Made by a program: the position numbers and the translations under genes. This document shows, piece by piece, positions 1 to 13,100 of a DNA stretch of 44,978 nt (position 1 is the stretch's first letter; the number at the start of each line of letters is the position of its first letter). This DNA is from Phoronis australis (taxonomy: Eukaryota > Animalia > Phoronida), in the NCBI GenBank assembly GCA_002633005.1, contig NMRA01001109.1:1-44978 (forward strand). Reading direction: 5' to 3'. The notes beneath the pieces were generated by a model. That model saw only the letters and a list, made by a program, of their open reading frames with translations. It was not told the DNA's origin and searched no databases.

Positions 1-155
1 ATTAGACGACCGGTCGACGGCTAGTCGTCGACCAATTTCCGACCGGGCGGCCAAAAATTCGTGATGTGTGCTGTATGAGATTGTTATTGTGCCAATTGAA
101 AGTTTAAAAATTATCTCACAGTCAACTTCTCGTCATGTACAATTGTGTAGTCTAC

Positions 156-400
156 ATATGCACACCCAAGGGGGCTCGGGGGGGATCAAACGAGCCCCCC
201 ATTTGACGAAGTGGGCAGCAAGGTAAGCCTCAGAGAAACAAAAACTCCGAAAAGTAGAAAGAGAGACAAAAGTCCATTAAAAAAGCAGGAACAACCAAAA
301 TTTGGCGAATGCATAATTCATAACTCTGAACGTACCCCTTGAACCTCAGTAAAAGGCTCACATTCTCAAAAATTCGAGTCTCCATTTTTAGCCTGAGTGT
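156..400. mobile_element. Fragment of a non-autonomous DNA-transposon/MITE family, also at ~6856-7124 and ~19449-19666; boundaries approximate
   Basis: Shared block aacgagccccccatttg(a/g)cgaa(g/t)tgggc, in opposite orientation in the other two copies, and CATGCGCGxACCCAG-like ends. Confidence 0.6.
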
Positions 401-723
401 TTGCATGGTCCGTTTTAAGGAACTTTTAAAACAAATCGATTGGTAGGGTATTATTACCTTAAAGCGGCCTTTGGAAGTAAAAAAAACTTAATTTTGGTTT
501 AGATAACTTTCCGCTATAAAATAGGTCTCTGCTTGGTATTCAGTTGAGAAATGATTTCTAGACAGTTCGATTATTATTGCGATTGAGACAATGTTCGACA
601 CATAACATGACACGTCATGACAAGCCAATGTATCCAGCCTGGTCTCAACCAATCACGTATTGTGAGTTCATCCCTAGTCCAAAAATAGTTTCTAATCTGA
701 AAACGGGACAAGAATTAAGACCA

Positions 724-963
724 GGCGTGCGTTCCGTAGATCTAGTTTCTTGCGAGGAAACCAAGAACTCGCAAGACTTCGCGAGATATCGTCGTGTGTT
801 GCAAGCGAAGCACGTGATTACACTATCTTCCTAAGCTAGGTTCTTCTGATTAAAAACTCTGCACTGGTCTGTGCTTTGTTCATAATACATGACGATATCT
901 CACGAAATTTGCGTGATCTTGCGTTTTTGCCAGATTCTCGCTTCCGTCTACGGAGCGCACGCC
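724..963. mobile_element. MITE with imperfect ~80-bp inverted arms
   Basis: ggcgtgcgttccgtaga ... tctacggagcgcacgcc termini and inner cgagatatcgtc / gacgatatctcacg. Related tctacggaac motifs recur at 3950-4355. Confidence 0.6.
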
Positions 964-1254
964 AGTTTTATAGCAGTAATTGTTCGAAATCAAAAGTTTA
1001 TGGAAGGTGGGCTCATCACCACTTGAAATAGAAGTAAAGACCTTCTTACTGGCTAGCTGGCTGCGACGGGAAGAGTATCTGCATGCATTTGATATTGTTG
1101 CTCAGACGACTTATAAGACTTGCTCTAATTTAATACCCTTAACATCGATTGAGGTTTTAGATTTTCCAAATTTAAATGCTGCACTCCTAAATTTGGATAT
1201 TATAAGAAAAACGTAAACAGTTGAGTAGTAACAGAAAACATTGGATAGAACTTC

Positions 1255-1373
1255 CAGATACGACTGACAGATACGACTGTCAGATACGACTGACAGATAC
1301 GACTGACAGATACGACTGACAGATACGACTGACAGTACTAATAGATACGACTGACAGGTATGACTTACAGATA
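1255..1373. repeat. 13-bp minisatellite (cagatacgactga)n
   Basis: About 8 tandem copies with one interruption. Confidence 0.9.
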
Positions 1374-2214
1374 GGGAATTGCAGACGATAATTGTGGAAA
1401 GTATATTAAAATACGTCCATGATGGGTAGTAAGATGCACAGTACCGTTTACTGCCATTTTAAATAGAAGCAAGAAATGAATCTGATATCAAACCTGTCCA
1501 ACTGTTTGTTTATCAGGGTACTCGACATATAGCATCATTATACATAAACTGATGTGGCTACAAACTGCACTTCTGCAAAAATGTCATTTCTGATTTAGAC
1601 CAATTACTGTTACAGCACTGTCTCAACTATTTCCCTCGGGACGAATTGGCAGTTGGCTACTGATTGAGACTATGCTCGGCACACAAATGACCCGCACTCA
1701 AACTTCTGAGGGCATTAGAACTTGAGAAGTTGTCGTCACAACTTACAAGGAATCCCTGAGACTTCGAGGCGGATCCGTACTGTTGAGTTACATTGCAATG
1801 GCAGTCACTTTCCTGAAATACCACAGTGCCCTCTCTGATTCCGCGGTATTTACCCACAATGCTGCGTATCACAACCGTTCACTCCTGTCATGTCAATCAA
1901 ATTAGTTTGCTATTTGTCATTCTGATGCGATTTTTACTGGAACGAGTTGCAATGAAGACATAACAAACTTTGTAAAGATGAGTGAGGCGCGATAACTTAT
2001 TCCTCACTTGTCCGACTCGACTTCCAAGCGTAGCCTATCATTGGTGCATTTCGAAAACTATTGAAACGATCATACAATGCGCTTTCTGCATCCCTAAATG
2101 AAGAGCGATGCCATTGAGATGTTGGCGAACTGATCCCCAACTCTAATCTGACTAAAAAACAAGCTGACCTCATCTCTACAACTGTGAGTGTTTTAACTCA
2201 AAAACTGTTTAATC

Positions 2215-2316
2215 GCTAGACGGGTGGGTTAATAGTTAGGCGGGTGGGTTAATAGCTAGACGGATGGGTTAATAGCTAGACGGGTGGGTTAATAGCTAGA
2301 CGGGTGGGTTAATAGC
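2215..2316. repeat. 20-bp minisatellite (gctagacgggtgggttaata)x5
   Basis: Direct tandem copies. Confidence 0.9.
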
Positions 2317-4653
2317 ATCGTTGAGCATTTCTGGTTATTAATTCAAAATGCGGAGACAACATGGTGAGATATGCAATAAGAAGCAGTTTAGAGCGACATC
2401 TATCAATGTGAACGAATACTTAGAAGGACGGTCAAGTAAATGTAAATTGGTAGCATATTAGTCAGATTATATGAATAGAGCATACTATGCACCTCTGTTC
2501 CAGTTTAATCGTCGGTTTTTCGTGTACCGTTTATTTATTACCGGGGCACGATGTCCTGCGGATGAGTTAGCAGATATGATGCTGCTCACAGGAGTCAGAC
2601 ATCGCACCAAACAATTTATTCAAGTAATAAGGCCACTGACCCATAACACAAAGCATAACATGATTATAAGCAATTATGTACATATGCACGCATATTTTGT
2701 ATTTTGATAATGGATTCGCCTCTTTCTTCGGATTTTAATAAAAACATACACAGATTTCTTAACTCTTCTAAAATGTCTTCAATTTCGTTATATTAAAAAA
2801 ATGTACCGTCGACTATATTTCGGACAGGAAGAGTTTACTTAGTATTTTTTGGCGAAGATCGTTATATAAAAGACACACTAGTAAAAAATTAATTTCATTT
2901 TCAGCAACTTGTCCTGAATTCATACAGTATGAATAACACACCGGTTAAATCGGCCAGATAGTGTGCTGTTGTTTGGGATGGTGTTCTGACGTCAATGTCG
3001 CGCCGTCTGGTCAAAACGCCACCCATTGGCCAGAAGAACGATAAAGTCACAAGCCATGGACCCAACGTCGCTAATTTTTTATAATTTTTTTTCCAGTATT
3101 AGACTCAAACTTTATTTGTTTTCTCAACTTTACGTCTCAAAATTTTCATGCTTCTATCATGATGGCTTTCATACATATGTGAATATTTTGAAAATATTGT
3201 TTTCGAGAATAGTACCCCGGTATATAAAGCATAGTATCTGAAAGCTATTTATGAATCCAATTACCCATTATTGCCCTTTTTTTAGGTTCCTACATAACAT
3301 CAAAGCAGCATTTCTACCTGTGTAGCTGGATAAAAAAAACTCGAATTATTTCTTATATAAAATAGGTACCTTTAAGTTTCTTGAATGCCTTGTGCATTGT
3401 GGGTAGTGAGATACTACGTGTTACGACATGAGGGATTGTTATCAGGGCCCGGGCTCTAATCGTTTTACTCGAAATGGAACAAGAAATTATGTTCGGCATT
3501 TTCTACTCTACTTTTGTGTGAACTCAAGATAAGTGTATATCATTCTATGCTCGAGTACATAATTACTTACGTGTATAATTTTTAGTCCTAGTTTGTACTT
3601 CATAAATTTAACACTAAGGCGAAAAGTTCGAGTTTGAACTCGAAATTTCGAGTTTTTACTCGTCGAGTTTATAGCACGAATATAATAAGGGTCATCAAGT
3701 GCAAACTTGGACTAGAAACTGATATGCGTAAAGTATAATGTATTCGAGTGATAGTCTGATAACCACTCATCTTGAGTACGCGCAATAGTAGCAGAGAAAT
3801 TGCCAAAAATAATTTCGAGTCCGTTCCGAGTACAAAGACTAGATTCCGTACTGTTTTCCATAGACACGAAGGTATCGCGAGTGTGGCCAGTGCGGTCACG
3901 TGCTTCGCTTGCAATGCAGAGCGGGATTTTGCGTTGTCGAGAGGTTCTCTCGTCTACGGAACTCAGCCGTGGGTTTGCTTTCTGTAGACTCAAGACACTT
4001 GTGCTGCACCTGTGGCAAGAAATCTTCACTTATGGAACGGAAAGAATTCCAAGCAGAAATTTAACATTCCAATGACACCAGCCATTCACTTCAGTGGCGA
4101 CTACTTTGCCAGGGTGCGCTCTTGAGTATTGAAACACTCGCCGTTCAGTCTCGTGAGTTTCTGCGGTCTTGCGGGACTTTGCTCTTTCGGGAGATTCTTG
4201 CATCTACGGAACCTATGCCAACAAAGTCTTGCGGGTACCAAATGAGACACTGCAGGTGTTGCGTCACGCATGTCTTCGCGAAATGTCAAGAGCGAAGCTC
4301 TTTATCACACTAGCTAATCCCTTCTCGAGATACTTGCGTCTGGTATACGGAACTTAGTCCAGGCAATACGTGAGTCCTCGGTTTCGTCTCTCATCTTGAA
4401 TAATTAATTAGTGATAACCATAGTTAGCGTACAAGGACAACAGGATAGTTTCTAGGGACACAGTGCTCAACTTGTCATTTACATCACCTTCCGCCGCTGT
4501 AAAACTGATCTCGAGTTGATCCTTCCTGAGATAAGGAACGATATCTGGACTATGTGAGTCTTGACAGCTCGGCCAACTTAGTCCTTGACACCATGCTCGG
4601 CGTAAAACATGATGCTATCGTGGGCCGGCGTTCGCCGGGTTAAAGTGTCGCGA

Positions 4654-5465
4654 CGACCAAGACTTCGCTGTGTTTTACGACCGTGATCACTCCAATGAGA
4701 AACTGGCCTGTGAGTCACGTGACCTGAAGCAGTTGTATACCAGTAATTTACGCCAGTATTATTTGTTCGTAATTTCACGTCCGTAATCTTACGCTAATAT
4801 TTTTCGCTTAAAATTTTACGTTCATAGTTTTCATAATTTTACATTTGTAATTTTACGCTCGTACTTTGCGCATGTTATGAAGTGTACAGAATATAAAATC
4901 TCAGGTGCAAAGTATATAAGGATTGAAAAATATCGAAGACTAACTGATTTTTTCTTGCTGCCCTAGCCATCTCAGGCATTTGAAAGCGTTCTGTTTTAGT
5001 ACATTGGATTGCCTAAATGTATATCTAGCAGGTTGGCTTACAACGCTATTATTTTATTTGTTGTAATTATCATGTTTTCTTTTTCAATATGTAGGCAATT
5101 TTCTAACAGTGTGAGCAGACGACATATGACGTTGCAAAAAACATACTGAGTTCAAAACGATTTACGCGTGGTAATGTAGCAGGAGTCTAAATGTTGGTGG
5201 TAAATCACTCACTCTTTATTCAAGAGATTTGAATAACAAACCATTTGCACCACAAAAACAATATAAACTGTGTATTAGTTTAATGGCTGGTGGTCTCGTG
5301 GACTGGTACTATTTGCTAAAATTACGAGCATAAATTACGAGCGAAAATACGATCGTCAAACTTCTTCAGAGCTCACGTGACGTACAAACAAACTTCTGAT
5401 TGGATAGATGAGGATAATTACAGGGGAACGATTTCGGTTGTGAAAAACGAGCGAAGTCTCGGTAG
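4654..5465. mobile_element. Foldback/MITE-like element with long degenerate inverted arms
   Basis: accaagacttcgc / gcgaagtctcggt, ccaatgagaa / ttctgattgg, tcacgtga...ctgaag / cttcag...tcacgtga, and mirrored taatttacg-type subrepeats. Confidence 0.6.
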
Positions 5466-6855
5466 TAATCACGATTTATGTGGAAGGTTTGTAGCTAACT
5501 GCCTTACAAAGGTCTCACGCCTGTTAACAAGTTGTTACGTAAAATTATTAGTTGCTTTATTCATTCTACCTCAATTCGTCTGCGCAAAATTACGGTTTAA
5601 GGTCATGTACATTGTATGACCCTAGTGTGCCACTGCACAGGCTATAGGAGACGCCGGTCTGTTGGCACTCATCATTGGTCATAGAAAAGACGTCAAGTAC
5701 ATGTAATTAGCAATGAAAGCTGGCCCTTCCAACAAGTTTTCCTTCTTTTGATTCCATGTTGATGTCCACTAAATAACGTCAACCGACGTTTATAATCTCA
5801 CTATCCGCATACGGGGCTATCCGCATACCGGTAATTTATAAGAAAATAGGATCCAAAAGTCCGCCCATCGGTGAGTATGTCCACGGGTATTATTTGCATG
5901 TTTTGAAAGCCTGGTGGATTGCTCTGAAATACGTAATGTAATATGTTTTGATGTGAAATTCTGTTTATTTTGGGATCGCGACTTCAGTGACTATCATTTA
6001 ACGAGATTGGGTGACTTTGTTGGTAACTAACCGCCTTAGTTCATTATGAGGGTTCAGTTTTAATGACACAGCTTCCAAAAATACGCCCTGGCGTATATTC
6101 GGTTTCATTTGACGTTTTTGAGAAGTCGTTTTCCAGTATCCGCCCTTGAGTCTAAATTTCGGAAATTCACGGTGCACAAATGACGCTGGTGCGAATTCGC
6201 ACGGTAAATGCACAGCACTAGAGCGACACCTATCAGGCAGTCAACACACTTTGCAAACAAGAAAGATATTACTGAGTCTGGAACTTGACTGCATTTTCAC
6301 GAAGCTGAGTGCGCGCTGGAGGCTGCAACGGGGCTGGTAAGATCCCCAAAAAAGTAAAAATTTGGCTTATTTCGGATCATCACTTCTCTTATTGTAACAG
6401 ATCGTATTCAACACTGTAACTTTCAGAAATTGTGCTTTATGAAACAGGCTATCAGAAATAGTTTTTTTAAATGTTCCACTTTGCGCGAGTGGCTATTAAA
6501 TGCTAGTACTTTATGATTTTCATGAAAAACATCAAAAGTTGCATGGAACAAAAACGAAATAATAATTTAGAAAACTACAACAGCACTGATCATTTATATC
6601 AAAAGAAATTTATTCATATTATTCACACCATTGTATTGCTATCAATATATTTTTTACTTCATTGGCAGAGTTAGTTTACTTAGTGCTTATTTGTACAGGG
6701 ACGCAATCGGTATTGTGGCAAGAAAAACGCATTATGGAGTTTATTGTTGTGCGGAATTATTGTGTTGGTGGTGTTGGCTTTACCGGGAGACCGTTTAATG
6801 AAAGTTTTGAATGAGACCAAAATCCGGCAAACTTAAGACCAATCTGTCTTCGAGC

Positions 6856-7124
6856 CATGCGCGAACCCAGCCTAAAATAGAGGGGGGCTCATATTTTTCG
6901 ATATATTGCAGACCTTTTACTGAAAGAAACCAACGAGGACTAAAAAACAACGGGGGCACTAGGCTCAGGTCCATGAACCGTGCATCCGCGCCTTCCCGTG
7001 GATTTTGTGGACTTTTGTCTCGTTTACTCGGACTTTTTGTTTCATTGAGGCGGACCCTTTTGCCCAATTCGCCAAATGGGGGGAGGCTCGTTCACCGATT
7101 TTTTTAGAGCTGCGCCGCCCATGT
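6856..7124. mobile_element. MITE, same family as 156-400 and 19449-19666
   Basis: Begins catgcgcgaacccag...gggggctc and contains gcccaattcgccaaatggggggaggctcgttc. Confidence 0.6.
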
Positions 7125-10100
7125 TTTCGAGTTGTTCACCAGACTGTATAGAGGCTAGATGAAGAGTAGAGTGGCTTACGGTAGTCAGTGCTGTAGTGGG
7201 GCGTAGGCGCACGTGCAACCAACCACCCGCTGGCATTTGAAAATAGCGCCTACGCACCGTAAGTTACGTTCAGTGCTCAAGGTGATGCGGTGGGCTTTGG
7301 GCGCCTACTTACCTCTAATTTTACCACTGCAGTACTGACAGTAGTGAAGAATCGATCGCGCGCCCATAGGGGACTGTGCTAGCTGGTTGTCAGGTGAACA
7401 TGGTTACTAACATAAACATCCCTTTGTGTACGGCTATAATGGACTCGTCCATATTGCAGCTACAGAATGAACTCGACACCAAGGTCAAAGACGCCGGCGA
7501 GACTCTCCCTGATTAGAGTTCCAATATCCACCGATTCTGTGACCTTTGGTTTGCAGTTTGGTTGTTCTGTGAACAATCTGAGGTGACGTTTGAGCCAGAT
7601 TCAGGTGAGAAGCGCATTTCTTCTTTTCATGTTGAACTGTCATTGTCAACAAGTGACGTTGTTAGGAATGTGTATGGGCACTCCGGCTACAGGCGCTGAC
7701 CGAAATATCGTCTGCCAGCGCGGGCACCACATTTTTGAAATAGTTTGGACTGGTGTGGGGGTGGATTCACTGCCATTCGATTAACCTTCAGACTGCTGCA
7801 GTGATGAAAGTGGGCTCTGTGGACTTACATGATAGACATGATCTATGACTACAGGGATTATCTTTATGAAAAATGTAGGCCTACTAGGGCCCGTTTGTGG
7901 GTGGAAATTCAAAGCGCCTGGAGTACACGCAGAATATGGGCTGCTACAACCAAGCTATCGCATCGAATCGCGGCGGTTCTTTGCCACGGAATCTATGTTT
8001 CGCGTACAACTTCAAACTTAGCTTGTGGAGCGGGCTAATTTAAAATTTATGCACGGTAACTGAACTTCAGGCTGTTGCTACGACTTTTGTGTGGAGTGCA
8101 AATATGTATGCTTTTTATGTAATGTAACCTTTTGTCGTATTTTCCGCAGACGACATGAATGCAGGCATATATTTTATAGACTAACAATTCTAAAAGCATT
8201 GTTGGTCCTGTTCTAATGTTTGTGTAATGGAACAGGTTTTGTGGTATTTGAACGGTTCGAATTCATGCGCCAGTGTTGGCTTTAGGAGACAAATAAATTT
8301 TCCTCGTCTAATAATCCCACTTGCACTGGCACCCTCTCCGCTAATATTCGACCTTCACACAGTGAATAGTAATCAATGATTACGTGTTTTATGACTTGTT
8401 TTTGGAGAGTCATGCAGTGCTCTGAACAAATCGATGATCAGCCTCTGTGTGGTGACATGTACTGTGTTCAAGCTATTTGCTCCTAAAATATATAAATTTT
8501 TATTGCAACACAACTTTAAAACAATTGACAGTAATTGAACAGAGAATTGAGCCTTGAAAAGGAATCATGATTATATCCAGGCTCAGTTATAGCGATAAAT
8601 TATTTAAGTAAAATATAACAATGAGCAATAACACAAGATAACTTTCGTAAGTAATTGTATAATAAGGACCAATAACACAAGGAAAATAACAAAAACGAAA
8701 GGAAATCATACGGAATTAAATTTTTAACTTAACAAACTTCTGAAGTAGTTCCCGTGTTAAATTAAGATTTTGGCGAATTTTGGTTTTCTGGTTTCGCCAA
8801 ACTCGTGGTCGCCCAATACAGATAAATGGCCTTTGTGTCCTAGTTGTTGACCCTTAATGTCGATTATTCTGTGGAACAGCTTGGTAGGACTGTTCAGTAA
8901 CGCCAGGACCTCGCCGTAAAATCTAGCTAAAATCTATTTTGAAGTACACGACAATATCTCGCGTAATCTCGCAAAATCTTACTTTTAGGGAGGTCCTAGG
9001 TAATGGTACTGAACTCTCCCGTGCTGCATTCTGCTTTGGAGCTGTGCAACTAGTAAGGGAAGCTGCGTTCCGTTCACGTTGGAACCTCGCGAAAAAAACA
9101 AGACCACGCAATGATCGGAACTTTATTAGCATATACCTTGCAAAATTGGGGCCACTTATGAATAACTGGTCCATGAAGTTGTACGACTTTAGGTGGGGGA
9201 AGTTGTGATTGCCCCTGCCCCTGGCTGTCGAATGTAATCTGTAAGTCGCACACTGCAGGTTTGAACCACCGTAATGTAATATACAGTATAAGGGTGTCAC
9301 ACTGCATGTTTGAACTAACATTTTCTCGTTTTCACTTTCATGCGATCAACTACGAAACTAAGAAAAAGATAGAGGTTGGCCACGTATGCCAGCACTAGTT
9401 ATAAAGTTTTTGAACAAACAATAGGTCATCGTTGGCGAATTGGACGGTTAGTCGTCATGACCAGGAGTGTAAATCAATGGCTCATCTCATTTTGGGGACA
9501 AGATCAGCTCTGGGGGCTTCAGTCAAAGGTGAACAGATGTATAATATTGGCTGTCAAATCCCCCGTTCTCCACCTCTGGTCGGCACTGCACGTCAATCGA
9601 CCACACATCGCACATGCTAATTTCTGTATTCTGCCGGTTGCATGAATCGCCATTTTCAGAAGCTGCCTTGTTTAGAATTACACTCAAATTATTTGTTGCA
9701 GACATACCATGATTCCTATTAATCGAAATTTGCCTTCCTGTCTATAAAAACTTCATCAGCCTCACATACATGTGGAGTCACGCATACCCCTAGCACTGCA
9801 AGGTATCGTTTTCAGTATCAAGAGATCAGATTTTCGATCGCCCTAACTTCATTTCATTTAAAACTAAGTCATATGCTTTTCAAAGACAAAGCGCTTAAGA
9901 TGTTGTGGGGCTGTGTGGATTCGCGGCGGGGTTTCCTGTACTTGCGGGACCAGATGGATAGTTCGGTCCCCTGTCTCTCTCGTTTGTTCTTCGGGGTGTT
10001 TGCAAGTCCCCAAAACTGTATTGGAAACTGTGCCCAGTTTTCATGCCGTTGCCAAGGGTAACTGAGCTGGTGTACTATTGCACGTAATAAAGTGATCCTA

Positions 10101-13100
10101 TAGCTTCCTTGACAAATGCATTTTGAATTAAGTATAAATCCTCCAATATAGTACATTGTTTACTCTGGATTAATAAAACTACGGCTTATTTATTGGAACC
10201 GTCGGTATTCAATTCTGAATGTGCAGTTCGTAGTAGACAACCACCGGGAACCTAATTTATTCTTTTTGAAAACATTTACCATTTTGCTGTCGTGAATCTT
10301 CTTAAATCTACATTTCGCCCTCCGTAGTTGACTAAAAACGAAAATCGAGTGAGGATTTTTATTCTCATAATATTCCTTGACGTGGTGGAATTTTGTTTCC
10401 GTCACCAAAATGAACAGGGGAAATCATGCGCGACTCAAAACGAAAAGCCTTGTTTCAGACTTTATTGGGGTTGGCGAATTAGAAAATGTCGCGTGCATGT
10501 ATTGCGTGTGACTTGGAGTTGGTAAAGAAAATGGAATCCTGTTACGGAGAGACTATTCTGACACCAAATTTTACGGGCTACTGTAATTACATTTTCACTT
10601 TTAGCTAGCCAAACGGGCCGATATGTAGCCTTGGGGCAAAGCTGTATAAATGTATGTCCTTTAATGTCGGTCTTCATACAGGTACATGGAGCAAGCTGAC
10701 TAGTCGTAATGCAGCTTTTGAGGACGAATATGTCATTTTATGTGGACTTAAAACTTGTAAATTTGGGCTCTGTTTACAGAGAAAATTGTTGCTTCGTGGT
10801 CAGGGTTTCTGCAGCGTCTCCGTGATCGCAAATAGCGACACCTAACGTCCGGAAGGCATGGATGAAAATTCCATGGTAACGGTTATTCAACTGTTGCGCT
10901 ACACCGGAAGTTATCGTACCGCATTACAGTATAGACTATACATAACGAGTATCTATGGTTACAGCCAATCAGGGGACAGAAGTGATCTTGTAATAACACA
11001 TTTTATTACATGTTTTGTTACAAAAGTGGCCTCTGTCAATAGATGTTCTACATGGTCGTCACTCGCTTGATATATCCCCTTTGTTGATGGGAACAGTTCT
11101 GATCCTATGAACGTAGAGTGTCTGTACTACGTCTGCTAACAACTCCCTGACATAATTGACAAAGAAAGGCCAGATTTGCAACTTTTACGTTCACACCTAG
11201 CTGTGTGTAACAGCAACAGGCTAATTAAATTGTACTTGATGTCAAGCGGTATGAGAGAGCAATAAACAATCTTCCTGTTGACCTTCTGTTTTCATTATTA
11301 TGCAGTTACTAAATGTATTGAGATTATAAAGTGACTGCCACGAAAACTTGGAGGCGGTGTTTGGTGATGACTCTCCGTCAATAGATCATAACTTAATTGT
11401 GTTTAAATCTCTTGCTCATACTATTCTGTTTGATTAGTACTAAGGCGGCTACAATGAACTTGACTTCCAACCTAAAAATATGTTTGATATAGACCACTTA
11501 CATTTTGATATTCGTGAGATTGTTCTTTGGTCAACAAGGCTCGAGAGAACCCATTGTCGACTGCTCGATTGATTGAGACGAGTACAAGTTGGCTTGTCAC
11601 GGCGTGTCTGATTCCAACGCGGAATAACAACGCTCAGTCACACTGACATAGAAATTCTTGCATACTCAGAAGTTGAGGTCAGTTTTATAGCGATAACTGG
11701 TCTCTGAAGATCACTTCGTGGACGAAAACCGAGTTTAAATACCCAATAAAAAATTGCGATGGTCCGCTGACTATACATACGGGACATCTCTGCGTCGTTA
11801 AGAAGTGGTGATGTGACACTATATAAATGCAGTCAAGGGCAACAACACGGTGAAATTGATACATTCTTTATATCGAACGATAAATTTTTGGTACCGAAAA
11901 TGGCACAAAATAACAATTACTCCACCAAAAACCTTCTTATTCGCCACTGTGTTCGTGAATGCAAATGTCTTTTCAAACTCGTTTTGTTTTGTGTTCGTGA
12001 GTTCAGCGACCCCGGATTAGCTCCATTAGTGTTGCTGAACCGCCCAGTGCGTGCATTGTGAAAAGCAGGTCTATACACGCACACAGTTTTGGAAACGTTC
12101 GGTTTTCTAAAGGGAATAATGCCATTGGCGCAGACTGTTCGTATCGTCGTTACAATCTTTACTAACATTAAGCACGCTATGTTTTTACGGACGTAGTACC
12201 GTTGATGAAGCAGTCAGTAGGTAATCTTAATCACTAAGTAGACTAAAACTGAACTAGTTACATTTTTGGTAACTTCTCTTAGTTCGCAAATTTTGTTTAC
12301 GTCTACTCTTCACGCAGCCTCGTATTATTTAGATTTCTTGAAGCTTTATTTTGCCCTGTTCAGCGGGTTAAAACAAAAATCGAATTGTCTTTTACTCTTA
12401 AAGTCGCTCTAATAATGTCCCTTCTATGGCAAGATTTTTTCCATCACTGACACGAACATATAAACGATCAGCGACTCAAGAACGCGATTCAGTGGTTATT
12501 GGGGTTTGTCCAAGTTCGAAAATGGCGCATGTACACATGGCCTGTGACTAACGGAAATAGAATTGTATCACGGTGAGGAATGTGAGATCGATGATATTTG
12601 ACTAAAAGGCAGAATTCGAGTTTCGCTTTCAGACAGCTAAGCGGACAACATGCAGCTTTTAGCAATTGTCATCAATTTAGATGTCATCACTGGTCTTGTG
12701 AAAAATGTTTCTTTTTGAGAAAATATATGTGGGTTTGGTTGGCTGGGGAGGGTGGTTATACGAATTTCTTGTGGTCTCGTCCTGCATTGTGAGACGGAAA
12801 TGTCAAACTATTAACATAACACTACACGTGCAGAATGTTGAGTGATATGTGCGGGATGTGAAATGTTGACCAAACCACCAAGGGTAATAAACACTCCGCC
12901 CCTTTCCAAAAATTTTTTTTTCATTTTTCACCTGAGTGAAGAGTAGTGGTAAATGTTGTTTCGTTAATGTTCATTGTTTACGAGGCAGTAAATTATCGTT
13001 CGTTAACACAAATCGGAAAGAAACTACAATATGAAACTTGCTGCATTAATTTAAAAATTGCGTTCATTTCAGTACTCAACGACATCATTACTGGGCGAAG

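Noticed and set aside
1747-1812. Possible minus-strand exon (tttcag|ESDCHCNVTQQYGSASKSQGFL|gtaagt)
   Set aside because: The splice signals are plausible, but there are no partner exons or recognisable domain.
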